64,000 bases of DNA, taken from the IMG/VR virus record IMGVR_UViG_3300021093_000004. The stretch is one strand, 5' to 3'. Positions 8,518 to 18,756 of this stretch are shown one piece after another. The stretch comes from a virus (lineage: Duplodnaviria; Caudoviricetes). The notes below the pieces were generated by a model. The model had not been told where the DNA came from. It was given only the letters and a program-made list of their open reading frames with translations, and made no database searches. Every line of letters starts with the position of its first letter. The first letter of the stretch is position 1. The translations under genes and the position numbers were made by a program.

Positions 8518-9039
8518 AGCTAATGTCTGTTTCGCAGCATATGGTTCTCCAGGTGGCCGATACGGGACAGTTGTCGGGTTCAAATCGACATACCCATCTT
8601 CGTGATCACCCAGAACACGAGTAATAAAATGAACTACTCGCCGTGGAGTTGTCTGCTTTCTGGCAGTTGCGAATGTACCAATCCCTTCTGGCACTCGAAT
8701 TGCACCCATCCTGATTTGGCGAGATAGATCGTGTAGACTATTGTGGTATGTCTCGCCAAGATACATCCGATGGCTGCCAAGAATAAACATGTTCCAGCCA
8801 AGAACAGCTCGACCAAGTGAAGTATCAATTTCTTTTGCGTGCGGAACGACCTCGATCTTGTTCGATAGAATCGGGATAGTCAATGCAAGATCTTGAATTA
8901 TCGCCGGATACATTTGACGGTCGAAACTCTCAGTAAATCCCTTGTCGAAGAAATACTTAATCAACAATCGACGTACAATATCTGTATTGGCTACGTGCTT
9001 GATACGATCGATTGTGTACGAATCAAGTTGTTGAATCAT
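8473..9039 (-). CDS. hypothetical protein
   Basis: 188 aa ORF with GAGGAG SD; its 3' end contains one repeat copy. Confidence 0.75.
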   Translation of the reverse strand: MIQQLDSYTIDRIKHVANTDIVRRLLIKYFFDKGFTESFDRQMYPAIIQDLALTIPILSNKIEVVPHAKEIDTSLGRAVLGWNMFILGSHRMYLGETYHNSLHDLSRQIRMGAIRVPEGIGTFATARKQTTPRRVVHFITRVLGDHEDGYVDLNPTTVPYRPPGEPYAAKQTLAGMPQQFFTRSGYGT

Positions 9040-9066
9040 ATAGCTCCTCTCGATATATTTGTCCGG

Positions 9067-9858
9067 CTATTGGTTTTTCCGTCGCCTTCGAAGTCGTGTC
9101 TGCTTCTCCGCCACACCATCCTTTAATCTTCCACGAAGTTCTGCGATATACAGACGTGGAGAACTTAATAATGTAGAAGTCAGATCTTGGTAAATTTTCT
9201 TGTGGAGTCGCTGATCCAGAATGTGCTTATAGAACGCATATTGTGCAGACCGGAATCCCAACCCACGGGAGCCAGCACAATGATGATAAAACAAATCCCC
9301 ATAAATAGACGCATACACAGGATGTGGGCATAAATAATTGGTCTTGATCAACGGTAGCCAAACTTGCCGGTTGTTAATTGATTGTGGCATAGCCGCACCG
9401 ACATCCGAAATATCAATTCCCAACAGATTATTGATTCGGCTAAAATTGAAATCGACGATTTCCAGGGCTTCACGCTTCATATAGAATGCACATGGGTGCG
9501 GGAAGTTGTCGAAATTTTCGGTCCGCATTGGAGCAGCATAAAGGTAATTATGACCAAGCATGCCGTCTAATATTCTGTTCCAATCTTTCTTGATCGGCCA
9601 ACAATCACTGTCCAAAATCAAGAAGCGATCGTAATTGTTTTTCTTGAAGTATTCAACAACTACGTTGATACATTGCAAGTGGGGTAATTGTTTATTCGTG
9701 TGGTAGATGACATTTTGATATTTTGTCGAGTCATCACCATTCACGACGACACCATAGGAATAATCAGTGGTGTTGTCTGAGATAAATTGAGGCTGTAATT
9801 TTCGCCAATATTGACTATTACGATGAGCTACATGGATGGAAACTATTAAGACACTCAT
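9067..9858 (-). CDS. putative glycosyltransferase (GT-A-like)
   Basis: RFLILDSDCWP DxD motif after a GT-A-like N-terminus. Confidence 0.5.
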   Translation of the reverse strand: MSVLIVSIHVAHRNSQYWRKLQPQFISDNTTDYSYGVVVNGDDSTKYQNVIYHTNKQLPHLQCINVVVEYFKKNNYDRFLILDSDCWPIKKDWNRILDGMLGHNYLYAAPMRTENFDNFPHPCAFYMKREALEIVDFNFSRINNLLGIDISDVGAAMPQSINNRQVWLPLIKTNYLCPHPVYASIYGDLFYHHCAGSRGLGFRSAQYAFYKHILDQRLHKKIYQDLTSTLLSSPRLYIAELRGRLKDGVAEKQTRLRRRRKNQ

Positions 9859-11672
9859 AAGACTTCAAGAGTTGAGAATCTGTCTTTACGAATGACACGC
9901 ATTTCTCGTGGAAATGTGTCGAACATAAGGTTTCGGTGTGAGATCACCAAGATAGTTTCAACTCTGTGGGCTAGATCGGTTTTGATGATATTGATTAACG
10001 CATCAATACCATCATCATCGAGACGCCCATCAACCTCATCAAGCACCAACACATTGCATTGTCGGCCATACATCTGCTCGTGAAAATCGAACATGGCCAA
10101 CATGAAAGCTACGTCTGTCCGTTTTCGCTCGCCACCAGATTCGAATTCATATCCCCACATATTACTGGTGATACCAAGAGCTTCGGTGAGCTCGATCTTA
10201 ACATCGAGGTCGAAAACCTCCAGGTAATGTTTCAAACGTGAATTAATAAATGGAATATGATCCCTGAAAATGAAGCTTTTGATCTTCGTTCGGTCGTTAT
10301 ATGCTTTATAGACATAATGATAATGTTTATTCAGCAACTCCGAACGCTTCAACTCCTGTTCGGTATCCTGAATTCCTGTCTTTGCGGTCTCTATTCGCTT
10401 TTGTACGTCAAGAATCGACGTGTCATGTGGATTTTGCTCTTTGAGAACTTTGTCGGCACTAGTCTTTAGCCGTGCGGCTTCGGTGTCGTGTTGCTTCCAA
10501 CGAGTGTGAATGCTTTTGGCATCCTCGATAGTCGTCGTTGGGCGACGATCGGCTAATGTCGCCTCGATCTGTTTGATTTTACCGGCTAATGTCGTTTGTT
10601 GTTTTTTCAATTCCGCGACAGCATTTTGCATTGCATCTCGCTGTTCGATGATGGGACCGATTTTTGCAGATACGTGATCACCGGGAATAGCCTGTTCACA
10701 TGATGCACATATTTTTCCTGATTTATGCTCCCAAAGTCGGATTTTGTCGTTGAGGCTTTGAACGTGGCCGGACATTTCGGCGATCTGCCCGCCGACTTTA
10801 TGAGATTCTCGCCGCATTTCTGATATGCGTTCTTCGATTTTTCTCACCACCGCCCACCGCTCGGCTAGTTTCGCGACATCCGGAAGCTCAATAGCATCAC
10901 GCCTTTGCGTTTCGGTGTTGGCTTGAATCTGGAGATCCTGTGTTCGTTTGGTCTTGTTCGTTACGAAGCTCTCTGATGCCGATTTTAGACGCTCTAATTC
11001 TTGCTCCAGTCGAGTGATATTCGATTTTGCGAATTCGATGGTTTGTCGTTGCTTATCGACTAATTTATCGAGGTTGTCACATTTGATTTTTGCGGCTTGC
11101 GCATAGAATGTTAGCCGATCGACGTGGAGAACTCGCTCGATGGCCTTCTTCCGAGTCGCGTCGGCCATCTCCATCCATGGCTTGCCATATTGGTTGAAAA
11201 ACACCGATCCGCAAAACACTTCCCAATCCAGACCGAAGATTCGGTTTAATTGTTGCTGCTGATTTGTCGCTGTTGATAACGTATCAGAGACCAAATTGGT
11301 CTCGTCGCCATCTTTCGAGATTAATAATTCGTTCTTGCCGTCAGTATTGCGGGTTCTGGTGATACTGTCACCATTCTTGAATACGATCTTGCCCCAGCAA
11401 TCCTTTCCTGAAAACCAATTGACGACGTTGTTGCCGGGCGTCCGAGAGTGCATAGTACGACCAAACAGTACCCATTGAATCACACTCGGAATTGTTGATT
11501 TCCCGGCACCGTTGGATTTACGAATTTGGCCGGGATTATTAGAGTAGTCTTGATCTTCGTCGATCACTTCGCCGATGATCAGGCATTGTCCTAATTTATC
11601 CAACTCGATGGTAGTAGGATAGTCACCGTAGCTTAGAAAATTCTGCCACGATACGGATTTTAATTCCAACAT
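9855..11672 (-). CDS. SbcC/Rad50/T4 gp46-like recombination ATPase
   Basis: NFLSYG, Walker A NGAGKST, coiled coil with CASC hook, SGGERKR signature, LVLDEVDGRLD, VISH. Confidence 0.93.
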   Translation of the reverse strand: MLELKSVSWQNFLSYGDYPTTIELDKLGQCLIIGEVIDEDQDYSNNPGQIRKSNGAGKSTIPSVIQWVLFGRTMHSRTPGNNVVNWFSGKDCWGKIVFKNGDSITRTRNTDGKNELLISKDGDETNLVSDTLSTATNQQQQLNRIFGLDWEVFCGSVFFNQYGKPWMEMADATRKKAIERVLHVDRLTFYAQAAKIKCDNLDKLVDKQRQTIEFAKSNITRLEQELERLKSASESFVTNKTKRTQDLQIQANTETQRRDAIELPDVAKLAERWAVVRKIEERISEMRRESHKVGGQIAEMSGHVQSLNDKIRLWEHKSGKICASCEQAIPGDHVSAKIGPIIEQRDAMQNAVAELKKQQTTLAGKIKQIEATLADRRPTTTIEDAKSIHTRWKQHDTEAARLKTSADKVLKEQNPHDTSILDVQKRIETAKTGIQDTEQELKRSELLNKHYHYVYKAYNDRTKIKSFIFRDHIPFINSRLKHYLEVFDLDVKIELTEALGITSNMWGYEFESGGERKRTDVAFMLAMFDFHEQMYGRQCNVLVLDEVDGRLDDDGIDALINIIKTDLAHRVETILVISHRNLMFDTFPREMRVIRKDRFSTLEVL

Positions 11673-11746
11673 ACACAGCCTTCCCAAGCGGTTAGATGAT
11701 TTTATGAATAAATACGTAACTATCTAACCGATCGGGAAAACGATTA

Positions 11747-13528
11747 TCAGACACGGACTATTGCTTCAGTGAACCAACCCGGCAACATCCGCTTTGCATC
11801 TGTAAGAAATTTATCTATTGCAGCATCAATGATATACGTGTCAGCGTGATCTGTTTCACTTCTGATGCTGCGACCATATGATTGAACCAATTTCAAGGCA
11901 GTAAGCCATGTATAATACTGTGGGTCTACCTCGACACGTCGAGCCAATTGTTCGTTATCATAGAAATTCGCATATGGAACCTTACAGATCACCTGAAATC
12001 GGCTTAAATCACCGATAAGATCGATACCTTCATGCATCGCAGGTGCGACGATCACACTGTCAGGTATCTTCGCATGGGCTTCCAGCATATTCCGCTTGTC
12101 TGGAAATTCTCGCTGGGTCAAAAGCCGCTTGGAAATAGCGGGTTTACATTTGGAAATAATGGCCTCCATAATGGCGAAATTATGTGTGTGAATAATACCG
12201 CGTTGACCCGGATATTTTTGGATAATTTCTTCGACACTTTTGACCAGTTTTGGTATCCATTCAGCCATCTTATCCTTACCACCGGTCATTTTGGCTGCTG
12301 GCTTGATATAGATGGGCCGATTCTCGACTGGGAAGCGATTCTTCATGCGGAAAGCAGCGACTTCATCACGATTCAGACCCAATGATCGACACATGACATC
12401 GACATCGAGAATCGTGGCACTCATCAGCAAGACTTTCGTACCGAACTTGAGCAGCAAGCTTTCGGCAAAATCGGTCGCATAAACCGGTTTCAATGTCAAG
12501 CTTCGCCACGTTTTGCCTTTCTCGTCCTTGGAGTTGTATTCGGCAACCCATTCAGAGCCTGCTCGTGACAAGTGGTGCATGAAGATTTCATATTTCTTCG
12601 CTAGCCGTTCGAGGTCATCGGCTTCTTTTTGGTTTTCGCCAGTATCAGCAAGATCGATTAATTCCCTGAGTATTTCCTCGAACTTGATCTCGCTGAACCA
12701 TGCTGCATAATCTAATGCAGTATCCAACTGAGGAATAAAAATGCCGTGATTTTGCAGCATCGAATCATTGATGCTCAACGACACGAAATCAAGAATTTGC
12801 GGCTCGATATTATGGGCCTCGTCGATAATCAACAAATCCCGTGGATTGAAGCGACGAGTTAGAGTAGTTTGGTACAGGAAGCTCGAAAAATTCATCAACA
12901 CCTTTTGAGCTTCGATCGCTTTAAACACTTGCTCATAGTATGGACATGTGCTGTAGCGGACATCTGGAGGTAATCGCGTGAGATCGCCCTTCGGGATTCG
13001 TGTAGACGATTTTTGTAATATCAATTGTGTCTGGGCGAAACATTTTGAACAAGAATGCTTTCGTTCTTTCTTCCCCGGTTCTCGATTGAATTTGGTTCGA
13101 CAGAATCCAGAGCCACAATCTGGTCGCTTGTGAAGATTCTCATCGAGTTCCGATTGTTTGAGAATAGTACGCCGAACGAATTCGGTACCATATCGCTGGT
13201 AGAATGTGCACGGATATGCATTCCGACCTTTCACATCAACGATGTCGTCAAAATCGCGGGTTAACTGATCCTGTAAGATTTTGGTGACGGTAAGATAATA
13301 TGATTCCGGCACCATGTCAGCAATCGTCATCCCGATAGCCGATTTACCACTACCAGTTGGACATTCGAGGATGACAATTCGCTTACCGCTATTGAAAGCA
13401 TTGATAGCGAATTCTATGCATCGTTTTTGTCCATCCCGATATGATTCCATCGGGAAATGGGCGTCTATATTTGCGACATTAAGAATTGGAAACGGGCGTA
13501 CTGGTTCTTCAACGTTTAGATCGTCCAT
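11747..13528 (-). CDS. DinG/Rad3/XPD-family SF2 helicase
   Basis: PTGSGKS, KGRNAYPC, CPYY, DEAH, SAT, EGID, QSYGRSIR; AGGAG before ATG 13528. Confidence 0.9.
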   Translation of the reverse strand: MDDLNVEEPVRPFPILNVANIDAHFPMESYRDGQKRCIEFAINAFNSGKRIVILECPTGSGKSAIGMTIADMVPESYYLTVTKILQDQLTRDFDDIVDVKGRNAYPCTFYQRYGTEFVRRTILKQSELDENLHKRPDCGSGFCRTKFNREPGKKERKHSCSKCFAQTQLILQKSSTRIPKGDLTRLPPDVRYSTCPYYEQVFKAIEAQKVLMNFSSFLYQTTLTRRFNPRDLLIIDEAHNIEPQILDFVSLSINDSMLQNHGIFIPQLDTALDYAAWFSEIKFEEILRELIDLADTGENQKEADDLERLAKKYEIFMHHLSRAGSEWVAEYNSKDEKGKTWRSLTLKPVYATDFAESLLLKFGTKVLLMSATILDVDVMCRSLGLNRDEVAAFRMKNRFPVENRPIYIKPAAKMTGGKDKMAEWIPKLVKSVEEIIQKYPGQRGIIHTHNFAIMEAIISKCKPAISKRLLTQREFPDKRNMLEAHAKIPDSVIVAPAMHEGIDLIGDLSRFQVICKVPYANFYDNEQLARRVEVDPQYYTWLTALKLVQSYGRSIRSETDHADTYIIDAAIDKFLTDAKRMLPGWFTEAIVRV

Positions 13529-13559
13529 ATATGCTCCTAACCTTTCCAACACAATGTGG

Positions 13560-14153
13560 TCACGCGATCTTTTTCGCGAGAACTATACCAACGCTGGCAG
13601 GAGCGGTTAATGTGCTAAGAATCTGCCATGTCGGAAGATTTTCGAGATAAGGCCGGATCAGAGTAGCCTTTGTGGAAGATAAACCATCTGCACGAGTTCC
13701 AAGATCCCAGTCATGCATACAGAAGTAAGTTCCGACTGGTAAATGTGGATCTAACAACTTGAAATCATTGATATTTAATTCTGGATCTTCCGGACCATCG
13801 AAAAACACGAATCCAAGTTGTGATGCTTGTCCCGATTGAATCAATTCGTTGATTAACACGGTAGATGGTTTGTTATTGAAATTGACATATGGTCGAAGGT
13901 GAGTGTTTTCAAATGCCGCAACAGCTTCATTGAAAAGATTTAGATCAACTTCGCAAGTATGTAATAATCGTGCACTCCATGTGCCATGCTCATAGAGAGC
14001 AGAAGTTATGTGAAGTGTAGAACCTCCACCCTTCCAAGTTCCGACTTCGAGTGCTACTACCGGGTTTCGCTCACGAACGGCTTCATATAAGAATCTCCGT
14101 TCTTCTGGCCACATTTGACCTTCCATTGAACGATGAGGCATCATCTTAGTCAC
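13560..14153 (-). CDS. class I SAM-dependent methyltransferase
   Basis: LEVGTWKGGGST, VFFDG, MHD. Confidence 0.8.
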   Translation of the reverse strand: MTKMMPHRSMEGQMWPEERRFLYEAVRERNPVVALEVGTWKGGGSTLHITSALYEHGTWSARLLHTCEVDLNLFNEAVAAFENTHLRPYVNFNNKPSTVLINELIQSGQASQLGFVFFDGPEDPELNINDFKLLDPHLPVGTYFCMHDWDLGTRADGLSSTKATLIRPYLENLPTWQILSTLTAPASVGIVLAKKIA

Positions 14154-14767
14154 TTTCTTGTGATTTCAAACATATGGTCTTCGCCGCTCCCAGATAACCC
14201 AATATGAGCACAACTGAAAGTTGCTGGAATTAATTTGAACAGATCATCAGGCACTCTGGCCAGCCACACGTGACGCTCGTTCGGAACTGCATCGGACAGC
14301 GGAGTAACCACATACACTTTCCCCCCAGATGTCATTCTGTCTGCGAGACGTGTGAATAACCTTGTCACCTGATCTGGATAAATGTGTTCGACGACATCAA
14401 ACGCGATGACATGTGAAATGGTCAGATTCAGATATTGAAGAATATTTTCGATATCATCGCAAATTTGGATGATTTTCCTCTGAGTTTCGAGCGACTCTTG
14501 TTTGAGCCATTCCATGAACATGATAACAGCATCATAACTGTAATCGATTGATAGGACACCATCCACCTGCGGAAGTCTTGCGGCTCGTATGCTCAATTCA
14601 CCACGTCCAAAACCCAGATCAAGGACAACGCCACTAATTCGTGGTGCGATCCAATGTTCGAAATTTTTCAACCGTGGGCTGAGAGATTCGACGTTATTCT
14701 CGAATCCTTCGCAACTGGTTTCGTAATAATGTCGATCGTATAGACCGCGAGGGGGACTGCTGGACAT
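14150..14767 (-). CDS. class I SAM-dependent methyltransferase
   Basis: VLDLGFGRGEL, SIDYS, DVVEHI. Confidence 0.85.
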   Translation of the reverse strand: MSSSPPRGLYDRHYYETSCEGFENNVESLSPRLKNFEHWIAPRISGVVLDLGFGRGELSIRAARLPQVDGVLSIDYSYDAVIMFMEWLKQESLETQRKIIQICDDIENILQYLNLTISHVIAFDVVEHIYPDQVTRLFTRLADRMTSGGKVYVVTPLSDAVPNERHVWLARVPDDLFKLIPATFSCAHIGLSGSGEDHMFEITRK

Positions 14768-14953
14768 CGTAACCTCTTTTATCAGTTATGAGACTCCGAA
14801 ACTCCGCTCTCTTGAATCAACTTGACTACTCGCTGAATGTTTCATGCTAAGCATGATACTCTTTTCGGGTCCGATTCATAAATCACCATTAAGATAAATA
14901 CTTTTTTGAAGTATTAAAATACTGCGTATTATATTTTAATTGGAGTTTTCGTT

Positions 14954-16042
14954 ATGTCGAAAGTGGCGATTACCGCAGATTTCCATTTTGGAGTTCCTGG
15001 GCGTCTAAATGACATCCTATGGGCAGCACGGACAATCCGCGAATATTGCAAAATTGCCCAAATTGATACTGTCCTGATCCTGGGCGATATGTTCCACGAT
15101 CGCCGGTCCATCGAAATCGATGTCTTATCGTCGGTTGCGAAGTTTTTCGAGGAGACAACAAACGAATACAACCAGCAATGGATCGTCTTCCCTGGTAATC
15201 ATGACATGTTTCTTCGCCATTCGTGGGATGTTAACAGTCTCACGACGTTGCGGAAACATCTGACAGTCATTGAAGATATCAAAATTTTAAAAATCGATGA
15301 TACCCGATTCTGGGTAGTACCGTTCATTACATATGAGAAACCTTTCATGAAGGTTCTGCGAAAGATTGAATCACAATATGAAGATGGCGATATCTTATTG
15401 ACCCATGTGGGTGTTCGCGGAGCGACCTTGAACACTTGCTTCCTGCTGAAGGATTGGTCCACTATCACGTTTGAACATAGCAAGTTTCGCAGAGTATACA
15501 CCGGCCACTTTCACAGTAAACAACAGATCGGCGAAAATGTTTGGTATCCGGGATCTCCAATTCCATTCAAGTTCGACGAAGGAGATGTTCCGCACGGTTT
15601 TTACGTATATGATCTTGAAGAAAAGAATCATAAATTCATTAACATTTGGAAGGCTGGTGAGAAGTTCTTTCCGAAAGAGGTTCCGCCGCCTCAATTCTAC
15701 ACTATTACCGATGACGTTCTCGGCCAACTTACAGAAACTGATGTTAAGAATGGAATCGTGCGGATCGCTTTGCAGAAAGATTATACTGTTGATGAGCGGA
15801 AACAAATGAAAGCTCGTTTGATGGAGCTTGGGGTGAAAACTGTACGATGGATGGATTTAACACAAAAAATCGAGAAGCATGAGGTTATCGCGGCCACACC
15901 ATCCAGAAATTTGTTTCAATCGTGGGTAGAGATAGATAAAAGTGGTACTAAAGGATATGATCTAGCGATTCTTCAAAGATTGAATGATGAAATTATTCAC
16001 GAAGGGGATGAAAAATACTCTGTTGAGGAATCTGAGGTATGA
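14954..16042 (+). CDS. SbcD/Mre11/T4 gp47-like nuclease
   Basis: ADFHFG, LGDMFHDR, PGNHD, THVG, GHFH, YPGSP. Confidence 0.92.
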   Translation: MSKVAITADFHFGVPGRLNDILWAARTIREYCKIAQIDTVLILGDMFHDRRSIEIDVLSSVAKFFEETTNEYNQQWIVFPGNHDMFLRHSWDVNSLTTLRKHLTVIEDIKILKIDDTRFWVVPFITYEKPFMKVLRKIESQYEDGDILLTHVGVRGATLNTCFLLKDWSTITFEHSKFRRVYTGHFHSKQQIGENVWYPGSPIPFKFDEGDVPHGFYVYDLEEKNHKFINIWKAGEKFFPKEVPPPQFYTITDDVLGQLTETDVKNGIVRIALQKDYTVDERKQMKARLMELGVKTVRWMDLTQKIEKHEVIAATPSRNLFQSWVEIDKSGTKGYDLAILQRLNDEIIHEGDEKYSVEESEV

Positions 16043-16045
16043 GAT

Positions 16046-16243
16046 ATGATCCGTACATCGCAACCAATTCATTTCATTGATGATTTGCTCAAAAAATTTC
16101 GATTGGGTTATATTACATTGGATGAAGCGTGGGAAAGATTGGACGAGTTTTTGGAGACGGAATGTAAGCCTAAACCAAAAACTTCCGAATTCCGTGTTAC
16201 CAATAGAATCTCTACATATCTCGATTCCGAAAGAATCGATTGA
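16046..16243 (+). CDS. small hypothetical protein
   Basis: 65 aa ORF directly after the nuclease gene. Confidence 0.55.
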   Translation: MIRTSQPIHFIDDLLKKFRLGYITLDEAWERLDEFLETECKPKPKTSEFRVTNRISTYLDSERID

Positions 16244-16982
16244 GACGCACCTCTCATATTGATCAAACTTCTTTGTGGCTTTGTATTTAGCTGTTGGCGA
16301 CTCTCTGGCGTCGCCTCCGGTAGGGATTCCTATTGGAACATAGTAGCACCGTTCGCTACGAAGGGATTGTTCACTACATTGGTTGGTTGAGGCGTGGTTC
16401 TTAGGATGTTCTTATTGATCTCGCAAGGGTCTCCTGCCTCAACTGAACTATCATGGACTGATAGTGATAAAAGAAATATCCGTGGACGTGCATATGCTCA
16501 ACAGGAAGTTGGGTGTCCATTAACCGATTACCGTGAACATACTCGTGGAGCCAGATTCATCCGATGTGGCCACAGATTTTCTCGTAACGACATTCGTCAT
16601 TATTTTGACACAAAGTCAAGTGAGAGTCATTCTGGAAGCATCGGCAGTGATGAACACGAGTATGGAACTCGAAGCTTCTGAGGCACCGAACCTGATAGAG
16701 TGTACGGCTCTTGGGGACAAGAGCGACGGCGGCAGAAGCAAGACAACAGAATTCGACCAGCACAAACTCCACCTAACCTGAGATGCTGGTGCTTTTCTGT
16801 GAGTCGTGGTAGTGCCTGCTTTATTAGAGAGAACTTTTTAAAAAGTTTTTTCAATTAGGGCGGGTGGAGGTAATAAGTATATTCATATCGTTGTGAAATA
16901 ATTCCGAACAACTAAAAACCAAACTACTCTTAATGCTGTAATTAAAACATACGGGTAGTCAATATTTGTAGAAACGAGATAA

Positions 16983-18734
16983 ATGGCTGGACCTACCATA
17001 CCAAAGTTGCCACGAAACCCAGCCGATGGCTCGGAAGTGTGCGATCGGTATGGCAATCGTTGGCAATATACGTCAGTTGAAGACGCCTGGATCTCCAAGG
17101 GGACTATTTCTTCATATTCGGTCGTCACCGAAGACAATAATGGATTGGTCGATCCGGAAATTTTCGCTAAGATCAAGAATCTAGAAACATTTTCTGGCAT
17201 ACATGATTTATCGACCGCACTCAAAATCTTGCCGGGCACAGATGCATATTGGTATTATTTCCGTTCTAGCGACAAATTAATCAAATTCAAACCAGAGGGA
17301 GAATCAACTCTACGAATCGAGGTTGATAAGGGTAGACTATATCAACTATTGGCCAAAAATCGCAGACCGGGATTGCGTGGAGCCAAAGGTGATACTGGGC
17401 TAGATGGACCCGATGGACTACCGGGGGCTAGCATATGCTATCCAGACGGCGGTGAACCATGTTATTCTCCATCAGCGGTTGTGAAAACGCGGCTTGATTT
17501 CGCAATATTCACTCCTACACCGTTGGTAACAGACGGACCGATCGATCTACCTAACAACCATACACCAACAATTGCAGTCAGATTATACAAGATCTTAAAG
17601 CGATCTGGTAGTGCTCAGAAACTAGATCCTCTACGAGCATTACATGACATGTATGCGAATGGGTTTGACACAGCCCAGAAATTCACCTATACTCGGAATA
17701 TTCTAGCACAACGCAGTATGGGTGTGAAACAAAGCACTAATTTGTGCGACATCCCATTGAGCCCCATAATAACATCGCCGGGCACGCTCGATTCTAAACC
17801 ATCGGTCACGATTGACATTAATCCACTGAAGCCGTCAGAGATTACTATTGCTACAGCTAGTGGACTCAAAGTCGATATCGAGGCAACCAAGAAGACGATT
17901 ATTTATGATCAGGTAACACATATTGTGTGTGGATCGGTCATTTTGATAGACCCAGCACGTTGGGACAAGGACGATTGGTGTGTAAAATCCAGACAACGTG
18001 GCCCTGATGGTGTGGATGGCACGTCTGGCGAATGTCGTATCAAAATCTCCGAATGCACGGTCGATGATACAAACATCGAAGCCACGTGCCCAATCGTTAA
18101 TGTGCGGTTAGATTGTGACCGCGATGTGCTCTATACATTGTGTGCGAACCTCCTTGATGAAATCTGCGTCGAGAGAGTTCGAATAGAAGGATTATCAGAG
18201 ACATTAACGCATCGTAACACTTTACAGAGTGTATTCGGTGCGGCTCAAATGATTCTTGATGAATGCAAGTATGTTTATAGGTTTATTCTTAATCTTCCTG
18301 AATATGAGATTCCGGATCTTGAATTCGTCCATTGGGACCCACAGCCCGGCTGTTTCTCTCGTCGGCATTTTAATCGCCATAAGTTTAATTGGGTTCCTGA
18401 TACTGTGATTCCTAGATGTGATGATCGCGGTGCTTGGTTTAGCCCGACCACCGTGCGACCTGGGAAATATCCGTGGCAGATTTTACTTCCAAGTATACCG
18501 CCGCCTGACGATTGCTGCCAAGAAGACTTTTTCTATTGCCCTAACGTTCAAGACGGTCCGTGTCCGGATGAGCCACCTCCGCCTCCACCACCTCCACCAC
18601 CTCCACCTCCGCCACCAAGCCCGCTGCGTGCAGCGGCGGTTCGAGCGTCAGAGGTGCACGAGATTGGCGTGTCTGCAAGTATCCCAACCAAGACAGTTGC
18701 GTTGGGAGCACGTCGTTGGAACGTCAAGTCGTAG
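16983..18734 (+). CDS. putative fibre/structural protein with collagen-like repeats, Cys-rich region and poly-Pro
   Basis: GLRGAKGDTGLDGPDGLPG, GPDGVDGTSG, many Cys, 15 consecutive Pro. Confidence 0.6.
   Translation: MAGPTIPKLPRNPADGSEVCDRYGNRWQYTSVEDAWISKGTISSYSVVTEDNNGLVDPEIFAKIKNLETFSGIHDLSTALKILPGTDAYWYYFRSSDKLIKFKPEGESTLRIEVDKGRLYQLLAKNRRPGLRGAKGDTGLDGPDGLPGASICYPDGGEPCYSPSAVVKTRLDFAIFTPTPLVTDGPIDLPNNHTPTIAVRLYKILKRSGSAQKLDPLRALHDMYANGFDTAQKFTYTRNILAQRSMGVKQSTNLCDIPLSPIITSPGTLDSKPSVTIDINPLKPSEITIATASGLKVDIEATKKTIIYDQVTHIVCGSVILIDPARWDKDDWCVKSRQRGPDGVDGTSGECRIKISECTVDDTNIEATCPIVNVRLDCDRDVLYTLCANLLDEICVERVRIEGLSETLTHRNTLQSVFGAAQMILDECKYVYRFILNLPEYEIPDLEFVHWDPQPGCFSRRHFNRHKFNWVPDTVIPRCDDRGAWFSPTTVRPGKYPWQILLPSIPPPDDCCQEDFFYCPNVQDGPCPDEPPPPPPPPPPPPPPPSPLRAAAVRASEVHEIGVSASIPTKTVALGARRWNVKS
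18573..18617 (+). repeat. CCN run encoding 15 consecutive prolines
   Basis: cca cct ccg cct cca cca cct cca cca cct cca cct ccg cca cca. Confidence 0.95.
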
Positions 18735-18756
18735 TACGTAAGACTAGGACTTTGAT

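Noticed and set aside
16394-16854. Short ORFs in the gap after the nuclease operon
   Set aside because: No SD, motif or consistent strand support; kept only as an unexplained region
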